Assembly: GCF_016432865.1 (NCBI RefSeq)
Contig: NC_067398.1
Span: 341,124,001 to 341,188,000, forward strand
Length of the DNA stretch: 64,000 bases
From: Antechinus flavipes
Lineage: Eukaryota
Reading direction: 5' to 3'
Shown: positions 49,501-61,500 of the stretch, one piece after another
How positions within the stretch are numbered: position 1 is the first letter of the stretch
Layout of the letters: each line of letters starts with the position of its first letter
Program-made: the position numbers and the translations under genes
The notes under the pieces: model-generated
Databases searched by the model: none
What the model saw: only the letters and a program-made list of their open reading frames with translations
What the model was told of the DNA's origin: nothing

Positions 49501-52500
49501 ATCGATGTCCCTTCTGGGAGCCCTCGGGAGCTGAGGTTTGGTCATGGTGTTTCTCCTGAAGCCCCATGGCATGGAGTGGAAGGGTGAGTTGAGGAGCCTG
49601 GCTTTTGGGAGACTACACAGCTCAGCAGGGACAGCGGCCGGGCTCTGGCAAGGCAAAGCCTTCCTGCTTGCTGGGCAGGAGCCGAGTACTGGAAGCTTGT
49701 CTCTGTCACTCACCTTCCATAGCCCCAAAAGGATGTGATTATTACAGACTCCCCGCAGTGGAACTGCCCCCGGGGGACCATCTGGGCCATCCCCCTGCCT
49801 TCAGGTAGACCGGGACACACGCCAGTCCAGAGAACACCTCTCCTTTTCCAAATCTAAGTTCATTCATTTATGTTTTAAATGGATTTTGAGACTGTGTGAT
49901 ACGGTATAAAGAGCATTAGATTTGAAGTCCAGGAAGGAGTCATTATATAAAACACACTTAGTTCTTTTATCACAGTGTGATGGATAGAGATGTAACTATG
50001 ATGAGGGCTAAGGAAACCTGAGTTCAAATCCTAGCTTTGACATTTTCCAGCTATGTGACCTCATGCAAATCACTTTACCTCTCTGGGCCTCAGTTTATTC
50101 ATCTGTAAAATGGAGATAATAATACTTGCACTACCTACCTCACAGGGTTGTTGTGAGGGAAGCGCTTTGAGTACCTTAAGGTGCCATAAAAGTGTGAGCT
50201 GGTATTATTATTATTAAGCATGGAATTCTTTTTTTTTAATGGTTAGTATTTCTTTTTTTATTATTCTGAATTTAAATACATATTCACACATACATAAAAG
50301 AGAAAAAAGGGGGTTTCCATATGTATATATACACATATATACATATATATATAGCAGAATTTTAAAAAAAGAAGTTTCCGTACAAGCATGGAATTCCTGA
50401 AACCTGAGTAGACCCTTTGCATCCTCTGTTCTGAGTCTTGCAGAAATGCCAACATCGCACTTGTCGGGAAGGGCAGAGGAGGGAATCCTCCTGTCCCGGC
50501 CAAGGGGCTGAGCATGCTCGTGCAGTCGGTCCTCTGCCCTTTCCCCAGGATATGGGGCTGAGTCGGTCTCACAGTTTGGGGGAAATCCCCTTTGTGGGCC
50601 TGAATGAGGCGTCAGATCCTCATTGTTCCTCCCCCATATCTCAAAAGACCTTGTCTGGGGCGGGCGGGGGGCAGGAGACTGCAAGATGAGGCTGACCACA
50701 GTGGCCAGTTGGTCTCCTGGCTGATGGTCCCTGGGAGCCCTGCTGGGCCGCCAGGTCAGCCAGCGAGCCCTTCTGTTCTCTGCCCCACATCCCCAGGTGT
50801 TCAGTATGAGTTCTTCTGAACTGGAGGCAGCCCTGCACCGAGTGAAAGAGGCCAAGGTAATAAGAGGACCTTGGGTAGGGGAGGGTGTTGTGGAATCCCA
50901 TGCCCGTTATTCTTGTGGCTCGTTCATTTTCAAGCTTTCTGGATTCTAGTTCTGCTCCCTCCTCAGCCAGCCACAACCTCCCCCCAGTCCTAGCTCCTGT
51001 TCCTTTTCCCACCGGGTGTTCTGGGGTCCCTTTTGTCTAGAAGAGCCCGTGGTGATCCCAAAAGTTGATAGAGGGAGCTTTGTAATCACCTGCTAAGAAT
51101 AGCATCCCTCTTTCCCTCTTAACAATGGGGCTTCCAAACCTTCCCAAGAACTCCCACTGGCTAGACTGCGACAGCATCCTCCAGAGCCACTGGGACCTTC
51201 CCTGCTGGCAGGTACTGGAGGTCTCTCTCGGGCCCCTAAACCCACGCTGGGGCTTAAAGACTCACTGGCCCCTTTCTCCTCTCAGCCTCCTACGTACTCT
51301 TTGAAAGTCACAGTGGTGAGGGCCAAGAACCTCCTGGCCAAGGATGCCAATGGTGAGTAAGTCCTGTCCCTCACATCCCAAGCTTCCAGCTTGGTAGCTC
51401 TGCTTGTATGGCTCCCGAGGAGAGAGAAGCAGACTTCCTGGCCCCGGAGTTACCTCCCCGATTGGGGCAGCTGGACCTGAGCTGGGGGGGGGGGGGTCAT
51501 AGCCACATTTCCTGATTTACTGTTGGGCCGGGGGCCAACCCTAGAGGGTGAGCCTAGTTCTGAGAAATTGCTCCCTAGTTCTTATACACAAGTGACTGAA
51601 GTGTAACCGGCAGACTGTCCTCTTGGGCTCGGTGGGAGAGAATCCGACCCAGGGGCAGGGGACTAGCAGGGATGATCTCTGGGGCTGGGAGCTCGAGCTT
51701 CCTTGACTCCCAATTTCTATGGATGTAGGTGGGGGGAGGAAAATTAGGAGCAGAAAGTGGGAGTGTGTCATAAGGCTTAGAGGCAGATCTAGGCCACACA
51801 ATGGGTTTCTATCCGTGGCCTTTGCTTCTTGGGTTGGGGGGATATTTTCCTTCCTGTGTTAATACCTAAAAGTAGTTTGAAATTCTCTAGCAGACCCTAA
51901 GGGCCGCTGAGCTGGCCGGAGGCCTGAGTAGGGGGCTTGGGATGGATAGTGGGCAGCAGATGACAGGGCTTCCTCCACCCAGGGTTCAGTGACCCGTACT
52001 GCATGCTGGGCATCCTGATCGGCCAGAGCCCCCGCGAGCAGGGGGAAAAGAAAGAGCGGAAATTCAGTTTTCGAAAGAGAAAAGAGAAAGTAGAGAAACG
52101 CAACAGCGCTCGAGATGTTCTCCCGGCCAAGTACATCCAGGTCACTGAAGTCAAGAACAGCACCCTGAACCCTGTCTGGAACGAGCACTTCTTATTGTAA
52201 GAACACAGAGCTCTGGCCATCTGTGGGGTGCAGCTCAGCCCCTGGGGCCAGAGAGGGGTCCTGGCCTTGGACAGCTGACCAACCCAGGACTGTTCCCCCA
52301 GTCATGCAAAGAGCATGGACATGGGAGGAAAAGCGGGACCCCAAAGTCTGGCACAGCCAAGCCCTAGCAAGGGATGCTCCTTTTACAGATCAGAAAAACA
52401 AACACACAGGGCAACCATTTGCATTTTATCACACAGCAGTTTAGTGGCAGAGGCTGGACTAGCCCCAGGTCTCCTGCTTCCTGACTGTCCCCAGCGCTCA

Positions 52501-55500
52501 TTAGCAGTCTCAGATTGAGGAGAACTTTCTCATCCATTATCTCATGGGGTCCATGAGACAGCCCAGTCAGCAAAGCAAGGACCCCGGGCAATGAGGGCCG
52601 AGAAGAGGGGGGGATAATTGTCCAGTAAAGAAATGTAGATCCGGCTGGTCCGGGATCCCACAGTAGCAGACTCAGAATTCCGATGCACAGCCTAGCATCC
52701 TTTCCTGCTCTCAGGCTACCTCCACCGACTCCCGTGGGGCTATTCCTCTGCACCCCCTGGGTGAGGAAGGACACGGCTGGGGCAGTTCGGGGTTCAGGGG
52801 TCCGGGTTCAGGGATACCCCTGGAAATTGGCTTCGGGCTGGGCTGGGAAAGCTCTCCCTTCCCTGGCCAAGCTGAGCCGGAGGCGGTCTTTTTCTCTCTG
52901 CCAGTGAAATAGATGATGCTGCCAATGACCAGCTGCATCTGGACATATGGTAGGTCGGGCAGGGTCTCCTGGGAGGACTTGGGGCTGGCTGGGGAGGTCC
53001 ATGTCTCAGGGTCTCCTGGGTCTTCCAGGGACCACGATGATGACGTCTCTGTGGCGGAGGCCTGCAAAAAACTTAACGAAGTGATTGGCTTCAAAGGAAT
53101 GGGCAGGTACCTGCAATAGGGGCTCAGCGTGGTGGCTGGAGAGGATGGTGGGCTGCGGATGGGCTGGGGGAAGTGGGGGGAGGTCAGAGAGCTCAGTACC
53201 AGTGCAGGCTCCTGGCCATGTCCGGACTCGGCCGTCTCAGGCTAAGGGCACGGGAGAGGGACGGGGAGGGAGAACCGCTGGGAAGCACGGTTTTGTCCCT
53301 GGCGGAGCTCACAGGCTAATCGGGGAGAGCCGAGTCACCCGGCTGAAATCATGGAACAACGCAAGACAGCCTTAAATCAAGTGCAACAGGGGGGCTGTAG
53401 GAGCTTAGAGATGGGGAGGGATCCTTCGGGCCCTGGTGATGAGGCTCCTGGTTCTGAATTTTTGATTCTCAAACAAAGGTTAGCTTGGACCTTCTTCCCA
53501 CTTTGGCCGAGGTGGTGAGAGAGGGTGAGGAGATGGATGAGGGAAGGAGGTGGAAAGGGCTTCCACTGTGGAACTGCATAGCAGAAACACTTATGGACAC
53601 GGTGTGGTCCGCGGACTCTGTGGGCCTCGGCTTCCTGGTTCTTTGTCAAACCCTCCGCCTGTTTGGGGCCATAGCCAGCATAGGGCCGCTGGGGAAAGCA
53701 CAGAGGAATTAACTAGTAATAGTCTTCTTTTAAATAGTGAGGGGGGGAAATGTTTAAAAAACTTAAATGGTAGAGTACTAAGTAAGGATGATTACTTGGG
53801 AATTTGAGGAGTTCAGGATTCTTCCATTTTCTTTTTCTTCCTACAGGTATTTCAAACAGATTGTCAAATCAGCCCGGGCTAATGGGATGGCGGGAGCCTC
53901 AGAAGACAATGCTGACGATTTCCTGGGCTGCCTCAACATCCCCATTCGAGTAAGTAAAGAGAAAATCACTTTCATTCCTCCAACTGCTATCAGCAACTTC
54001 CCCTCATGAAGAAAGGGGTATTACTACTTGGGAGGAAATGGCTACAGCACTCTGTCCTGAAGCCTACGTTCCTGAACGTTTTGTAAATGACTTGGCTGAA
54101 GCCTGGATAATACCGTTATCAATGTTACAGGAAAACACAAAGTTGGGAGAGAGAACTTACTTGAAGGATGCTAAAAGCAACAACCAAAAAAATATGGGCG
54201 TGAGCCAACCAGCATAAGATGAAAGATGATAAGTTTATAAAATTACAGTCCAGTAAAAAAACAAACAAACAAACCACAGAGATGGAAATCGTGGGTTACA
54301 AACATCAACTATTTTTGTCTATCAGGCTTGAGGAGAACTAATGAGACAATGGTTCATATGAACGGGGTGGAGGGAAGGTTTCCTAATATGATAGTCAATC
54401 CATCACCACCAGCATTTTTTAGAACCTACTATCTGCCAGTCACTACCAAGTACTAAGGATAAACCATCACTTTTTCTAAGCTGTAAGAGAGCTTACATTC
54501 TAATAGAAAGAATAACAAATATATATAGAAATGAAGACTATATATATTTCAAGTGAATAAATACAAATATAGTGTATCCCCAAAGTGGTCATCTAACAGG
54601 TTCAAGACAGCACTAAGACTTTTGTAATTAAATATAAGATTGTTTGCGACTGAAATGCCTCATAGTGTTTAATTAAAGAAATGGCCTGTTATTTGAGAGA
54701 ACCATTGATAGTGCTAAATATGTGACAAAGGGTGATGGAAATATAGCTGTTAAAAAAAGGGTTAATGTAATAGAGGAGATGTACATGAAGGTCAATAACC
54801 CTGTAACATTACCATGTTTTATACCATAGTTATTGTCATACTCATCTCACACTGTAAGTTCCATGCTGTTGCTGTTCAGTCATGTCTTATTCTTCATGAC
54901 CCAATTTGGGGTTTTCTTGGCAAAGACACTCAAGTGATTTGCTATTTCCTCCAGGATTAAGTGACTTGCCCAGGGTTACACAGCTAGTAAATGTCTGAGA
55001 ATGGATTTGAACCCACAAAGATGAGACTTCCTGATTCCAAGTCCAGGGCTCTATCCATTGTGCCATCTAGCTGCCCCAAGCTCCAAGAGTCTGTCTTACT
55101 TTATTTCTTTACTGAGTCCTTAGTACAGTGCTCTTCACATAGGAGATAACTGTAGTGGCTTCCTTAATATCATTTCTTTCAATAAATCATATTGGTTTGT
55201 GATGTTGAACCATTTGACAGATTCAAGGGCTTTGGTGAAGGACTTTTTGGCTGCTTCCCCTGAAGGAACATTTACTGGGCTGCCCCTCAGGATGATGGCT
55301 GAGGACACTGGGCTGTTACCAAAGTTCTTGGATTCAGGATCCTATCAGAGTCTGAGAGGAAAGGGTGGTCAAGAGTGTCAGTCGGCTTGTCCAGCATATG
55401 CTGCCTCCTTTCTCTGCCCAAACATGTTCGGTTACTTCAAGATGCCTCAGACAGCCAGGACTTATCTATTATATCATAGAAGGACTATCCTCGAGTGAGG

Positions 55501-58500
55501 TTACCATGTTAGAATTTCCTCATACTAACAACATTACAGATGGTTCACATGTTCAAGTATGGTTTTGGATACCTTCCTCCCCTCTATGGATGCTACAGCA
55601 TCTAAGAGTTGGAAGAAACCCAAGCGGTTCAAACTGTAAAACTGAGAAGGGATCATCTGTACAACTTTCTGGAGATGGGGTCACCCAGACTCTGGTGAAA
55701 GAACTCTAATCATAGTGAACTCCTTTATTCCATCTTATTCATTCTGTCCCAAATGAGACAGACTCTTGTACTTTCAGACAACTGTAATTGTTTAGAAGTT
55801 TTCCCTTGTAAATCAAAGGAAAACTTTGTAAATCAAGCCAAAAGTCTTCCTCTCTGCAATTTCCCCAACTGGTTCTTGTTTTGCTCTCTGGGATCAAGTA
55901 GAACAAAATTAATCCCTCTTCCACCAGACAGTTGTTCAAATACATGAAGATGGGAGCTCGTTTATCACCTCAAGTCTTTTCTTCAGACTAAACATTTCTT
56001 GTTTCTCATTTGGCAATCTTTAGCCATTTTACTACTCAGTTCATCTTCCTCTGCGCACATTTGTTAGTGTCTTTCCTGCCCAGTTCTGCACATATTTCTT
56101 CAGAACTTCCACTAATGCGGCCTAAAATAGAAGTCACTATTTCAGCTGCCGTGATACACTATGAACTAATATTAAAAAGCTTTCCACTAAACCTCCCCTT
56201 CCTAGAGTCTTTGTTATTATTTTTAATAGTATTTTATTTTTCCAAATATGTGCAAAGAAAGTTTTCAACATTTATAAAACCTTGTGTTCTAAATTTTTTC
56301 TCCCTGTCCTTCTATCTTTCCTCTTTCAAGACAGCAAGTGATCTGGTATAGGTTAAACATGTGCAATTCTTCTAAACATATTTCCATATTTGTCATGCTG
56401 TGCAAGAAAAATCAGACCAAAAGTGTAAAAAAATGCAAGAAAAGGGGAAAAAACAAGCAAGCAAACAAACAAATACAATACCATGTTTTGGATCCACATT
56501 CAGTCTCCATAGTTCTCTCGCTGGATGTGCATTAAACTTTCCAATACAACAAAATACCATGTTTTGGATCCACATTCAGTGTCCATAGTTCTCTTGCTGG
56601 ATGTGCATTAAACTTTCCATTCTTTATTATTTTGTTTTATTTTTTATTTTGATAATAGGTTTTCATTTTTTAATTTATTTTAGAATGATAAAGTTAGTTT
56701 ATTTTTTTCATTTTTTAAATTATAGCTTTTTATATACAAAACATATGCATGGGTAATTTTTCAACACTGACCTTTGCAAAAACTTCTGTTTCAACTTTTC
56801 CCCTCCTTCCCTCCACTCCCTCCTCTAAATGGTAGGTGGTCCCATGCATGTTAAATACAATATATGTATACATATTTATACAGTTCTCTTGTTGAATAGG
56901 TTCTTATTTTCAAAAATACATGCAAAAATAGTTTTCAACATTCAACCTTGCAGAACCTTGTGTTCCAAATTTTTCTCCCTTCCTTTTCCTCACCCCCTTC
57001 CCCTAGACAGCAAGTAATCTAATATAGGTTAAACATGTGCAATTCTTCCATACATATTTCCATGTTTATCTCACTGCACAATAAAAATCAGATCAAAAAG
57101 CAAAAAAAAAGAGAAAGAAAAAAAGCAAGCAAACAACAACAAAAATGAAAATGCTATCTTGTGATCCACAGTCAGTCCCCATGGTCCTCTTTCTGGATGC
57201 AGATGGCTTTCTCCATCTTTTAGAATTGGCCTGAATCATCTCATTGTTGAAAAGAGCCACATCTATCACAGTTGATCATCACATAATCTTGTTGTATACA
57301 ATGTTTACTTGGTTCTACTCATTTCACTTAGCATCGGTTCCATCAAGCCTTTATTCTTTTTTTAAAAATTATATTGTAGCTTTTTATTCACAAGATATTT
57401 GCATGGGTATTTTTTCAGCATTGACAATTGTCTTTATTCTTTTTTATATGAACTGTTGTCTAATCATGGCTTCCCCATTATAAATTTGTTGAGTTTCCTT
57501 GGGGGACTCTTGTTTAGAACTACATTACTGTTATTGAGAACTACATATATTGTTATTAAGGTATCTAGCTGCCTCATCAGAAATATACATTTATCCATAT
57601 CATATCATTTCATATACAAACTTATATTATAAATTTTATATTATAAGTAATGTTTTAGATTTAGCGCATCTTTTCAGCCTGTCTCAATAGTTATCCTTCC
57701 CAGTCTGGTGTTATCTGAGAATTGAGTAATCAGGTTTTTTCTGCTCTCATACAAGGCACTGGCCACAATGTTGAATCCTGGGGCATGACATCCTTCTCTC
57801 TCAGATGAGGTGTCAGCCTGGAGCACCTTGAAAGGTCCTTGTAGATCTAATATATTCTAGGATGCTGGACATGGTTGTAACTTGAAACAAGGTAGCTCTG
57901 TTTTTGCAGGAAAGTGAAAAGTTTTCTTGCACTCCATTGTCAGACATTTTTTTCTGCAGGAGATTCCTGTGACAGGCTTAGACAAATGGTTCAGGTTGGA
58001 GCCTCGATCAAGCTCTTCCCGTGTCCAGGGAGACTGCCACCTCATTCTCAAGCTGATCACTACACAGGTAGCAGCCTTTCCTTTCCACTCACACCCTGAG
58101 AGCAGGCAGGGAGACCCTACACCTGGGCGGGGATGAAGAAAGTTCCCTCTGTAGTATCCACAGCTGTTGGATACTACAATTTCTAGGGTTCACAGCTGCT
58201 CCATCAGGACTTTGCGAATTCTCTTTTCCTGTCATGTGCTTTCTTGGCTGCCTCTACTTTCCTCCTCTTTCTTCTTTCTCTTCCTTTCCCTTTCTCTCAT
58301 CCCTTATATCTCTCTCTACCTTTCCCTCTTGCCTCTTTCTTTACTTTGTCCTCTTCTTTTCCTAGCTTCTCTCTCCTCTCCCATTTCCTCTTTATTCTTA
58401 TTCCATCTCTCTCTCTCTTTCTTTTAGTCACACCCTTTTCCTTTCCTGTTTTCTCCCCTCTGGAAATTTTCCTGTAGGTTCTGAGGTCAAAGGGAGAATG

Positions 58501-61500
58501 CATTTCCCACCTGGAAGTACTGAGTAGTACTGAGTACCATTATTTGAGTTGGGATGTGTGTGTGTGTGTACTCACATGCAGGCAACTAGGGAACCAGTAG
58601 GTGGTAGATCTAATGGGAAAAAAGGGGCTGGGTGTTGGTGAGAGCCATAGTGGACAATGCCTGGGGTTAGAAGAAATGCTGGGAGAGGGGCAATGGTGCC
58701 CCTCTTTGGATGGTAAGCCAGTGGGGCATGACATGGACTTCTATTTCAGAGAGATACCAGCATGAGCCGAAGGATGTCGGGTTTCCAGGTGCATGGGCTG
58801 CTCCTCAGCCAGCTGCTTCAATTTGAACATGGCCAGGACCAGGTAGGGCTCAGGGACCGCTGCTTCTCTCCATAGGTGGCTGGAAGAGTGGAAGGTTATG
58901 TAAGAAAGGAAGTAAAGACTTCAGCCTGAGGCTTGAAGTCCCAACCCTTCCTGTTCCCCTTTCTCTCCCAGGAAAAATGATGTTAAGGAATAGGTCTATA
59001 ATAAGCTCCTTGAGTGCCTATTCTGTGTGTGTGGTGGGGAGGGGCAGTCCTTGCCCCTTAGGAAACTCATTCTGGGGAGGTATCCCAAGAGAGGCTATTC
59101 AGGTTTGCCAAGGCCAGAAGTTACCAGGGCTAGGCAAGGACGAGTAAGGGACATCATGGAGAGGGACATAGTGAACGACACTTTGTGGATCAGAGGTACT
59201 TGTTCTGTGACATGTTAAATGAGTCACGGTAGATAGTAACACACTGTGGTATGGTTTCCAAACTTTGCCAAGGGAGCAAAGTGTCCTGATTCTGGTTGAG
59301 AATAATTAATAATAATAATAACAACAACAACTTTTCTATAAGGCATTAATGTTTACAAACCACTTAGCTGACCACTATCCTCTGAAACTGGAAATATAAG
59401 TTCCCATTAGTATAAATAAAGGAATAGAGGCTCAGAGAAATAAAAAACTTGTCCAGAGTCTCAGCCCTAGTAAATGCTGGAATTAGGAACTGAAGCCTGC
59501 AGTCCAACTCTTGGTCCACCAGAAGTCAGAGGAGGCAGGGGGCTGAGCGTCAGTGGGGGCAGGATGAGGAAGGACACGTGAGGGCCTTCTCGTCTCTGTT
59601 CCATTCCTTCCCATCATCTGCACCATGTTGGGCGCTTGCCTTGGCAGCCAGAGGCCTACAGCTGGAAGGGAGAGCTGAGTGGGCCTGCGGTCACTATTCT
59701 TTCCCACCACGGGACCCAGACAGACCTCTCAGCTCTGCAGCTTGCTATGATGTGAGTATGGTCCAGTCTTCTCGCAGGGAGGCTGCAGAGACTCAGAGAG
59801 GTTTCCTGCCATTGCCCAATGTGTCAGGCAGGGGAGGGCGATGGGTGGGGATGCACAGGTTAAGGTCAGAGAGGACAACCTCAGACCAGAGAGCCAAGCA
59901 GCGGGCAGCGATGGATGGAGATGGCCGGGGGGAAGAGTACAGGACTGGGGAGGGCAGAGAAGGAAGCAGCGGGCAGCGATGGATAGAGATGGCCGGGGGA
60001 AATTGTACAGGACTGGGGAGGGCAGAAAAGGAAGCAGCGGGCAGCGATGGAAGCAGCGGGCAGCGATGGATGGAGATGGTGGGGGAAAGAGTACAGGACT
60101 GGGGAGGGCAGAGAAGGAAGCAGTGGGCAGCGATGGATGGATATGGCCGGGGGAAAGAGTACAGGACTGGGGAGGGCAGAGAAGGAAGCAGTGGGCAGCG
60201 ATGGATGGAGATGGCCGGGGGAAAGAGTACAGGACTGGGGAGGGCAGAGAAGGAAGCAGAGGGCAGCGATGGATGGATATGGCCGGGGGAAAGAGTACAG
60301 GACTGGGGAGGGCAGAGAAGGAAGCAGTGGGCAGCGATGGATGGAGATGGCGGGGGAAAGAGTACAGGACTGGGGAGGGCAGAGAAGGAAGCAGTGGGCA
60401 GCGATGGATGGAGATGGCAGGGGAAAGAGTACAGGACTGGGGAGGGCAGAGAAGGAAGCAGAGGGCAGCGATGCAGAGGGAGCAGGGTAGGAGGGTGACA
60501 GGCACCCAGCAGGTGGCGGGGGGGGCAGGCCTTGCTGATGGGCCGGCTGGCTTTTGGGGGGCACACAGACACTGGCAAGCCAGCAGCCAGCACCATCAGG
60601 CCTGCAGCTTGGACTATTGCTACCTTCTGGAACTCCTCGGAACCATTCAGGAACAGTGGGGAGAGGCAGCCGCTGCTCTACCCAGAGACCAGGTGAGTGG
60701 GAGCTGGATGGTCAGGGAGGGGAGCAGCAGCAGCCCGAGCCCCAGATTGGAGGGAGGAGAGGCCTCTGCCTGTATTCATGCACACACGAATGCCAGTTCC
60801 CCTTGGTCTTTGTGCTTGCTGGGGGCTGGGGTAGCTTTATGAGCTGAGAGTCAGGACTCCTTCTCAGAGCTTCTTGTTACACAAGTGCTTGGGACGAGGC
60901 TGCAGGGCTCGGTGGGGAGGATGTCCTTCAGCTGCCCCCCGGCTCTGGCCAGGCCCCTGGAGAGAGCAGCTTGTCTCCCCTGCAGGAGGAGAGCCTGGCC
61001 GGCAGCTTCATCTCCTTCGTGGAGCACGCCCTCCTGCTGCTGAGACAGCTCCGGGAGCTCTTCCCCGTGACCAACAGCAACGCCATTGGCCGCCTCGAGT
61101 TCCTCCTGAGGTGGGCGATGCTGGGCTGGGCGGGGGGGTGGAGAGCCTCCTTACTAAGTACAGCACCGATGTGGTGAGCCCCCCGGGAGGAAGGGAACCA
61201 CCAGGCTGGCCAACGAGGGAACAACTGGCCCAGGCTGCAAACAGAGCAGATTAAAACTCCTAGGCCATCAATAGCAAGGTCAGGGCCAGGAGTGGCTGCT
61301 GGGGCCTTTCAGCTCCGGGAAAATAGGGAGCCCCAGTTTCCAAAAAAGAAAGAAAAAACCGAGTGAGAGGGATGAGGAATTAGTGACTGTGTTGGGCCTT
61401 AGTGAAATAATTACTGAGAGGGATGGGCTGGGGTTCAAGGAGGAGGAAGGGCTCTCAGTAAGAAGGATGGAGCTCTCTGAGGTGATGAGGGCTCTGAGAG

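Noticed and set aside
49723-49804. 82-nt cassette exon candidate in intron 5
   Set aside because: The phase fits neither flanking exon and the donor (gtagac) is modest; nothing else supports it.
59898-60472. CRISPR-like array
   Set aside because: Units are contiguous with no unique spacers, there are no cas genes, and the context is a mammalian intron.
59578-60842. Long overlapping ORFs of 227-333 aa on both strands
   Set aside because: They come from the stop-poor 67-68-bp minisatellite; only the embedded BAIAP3 exons are real.
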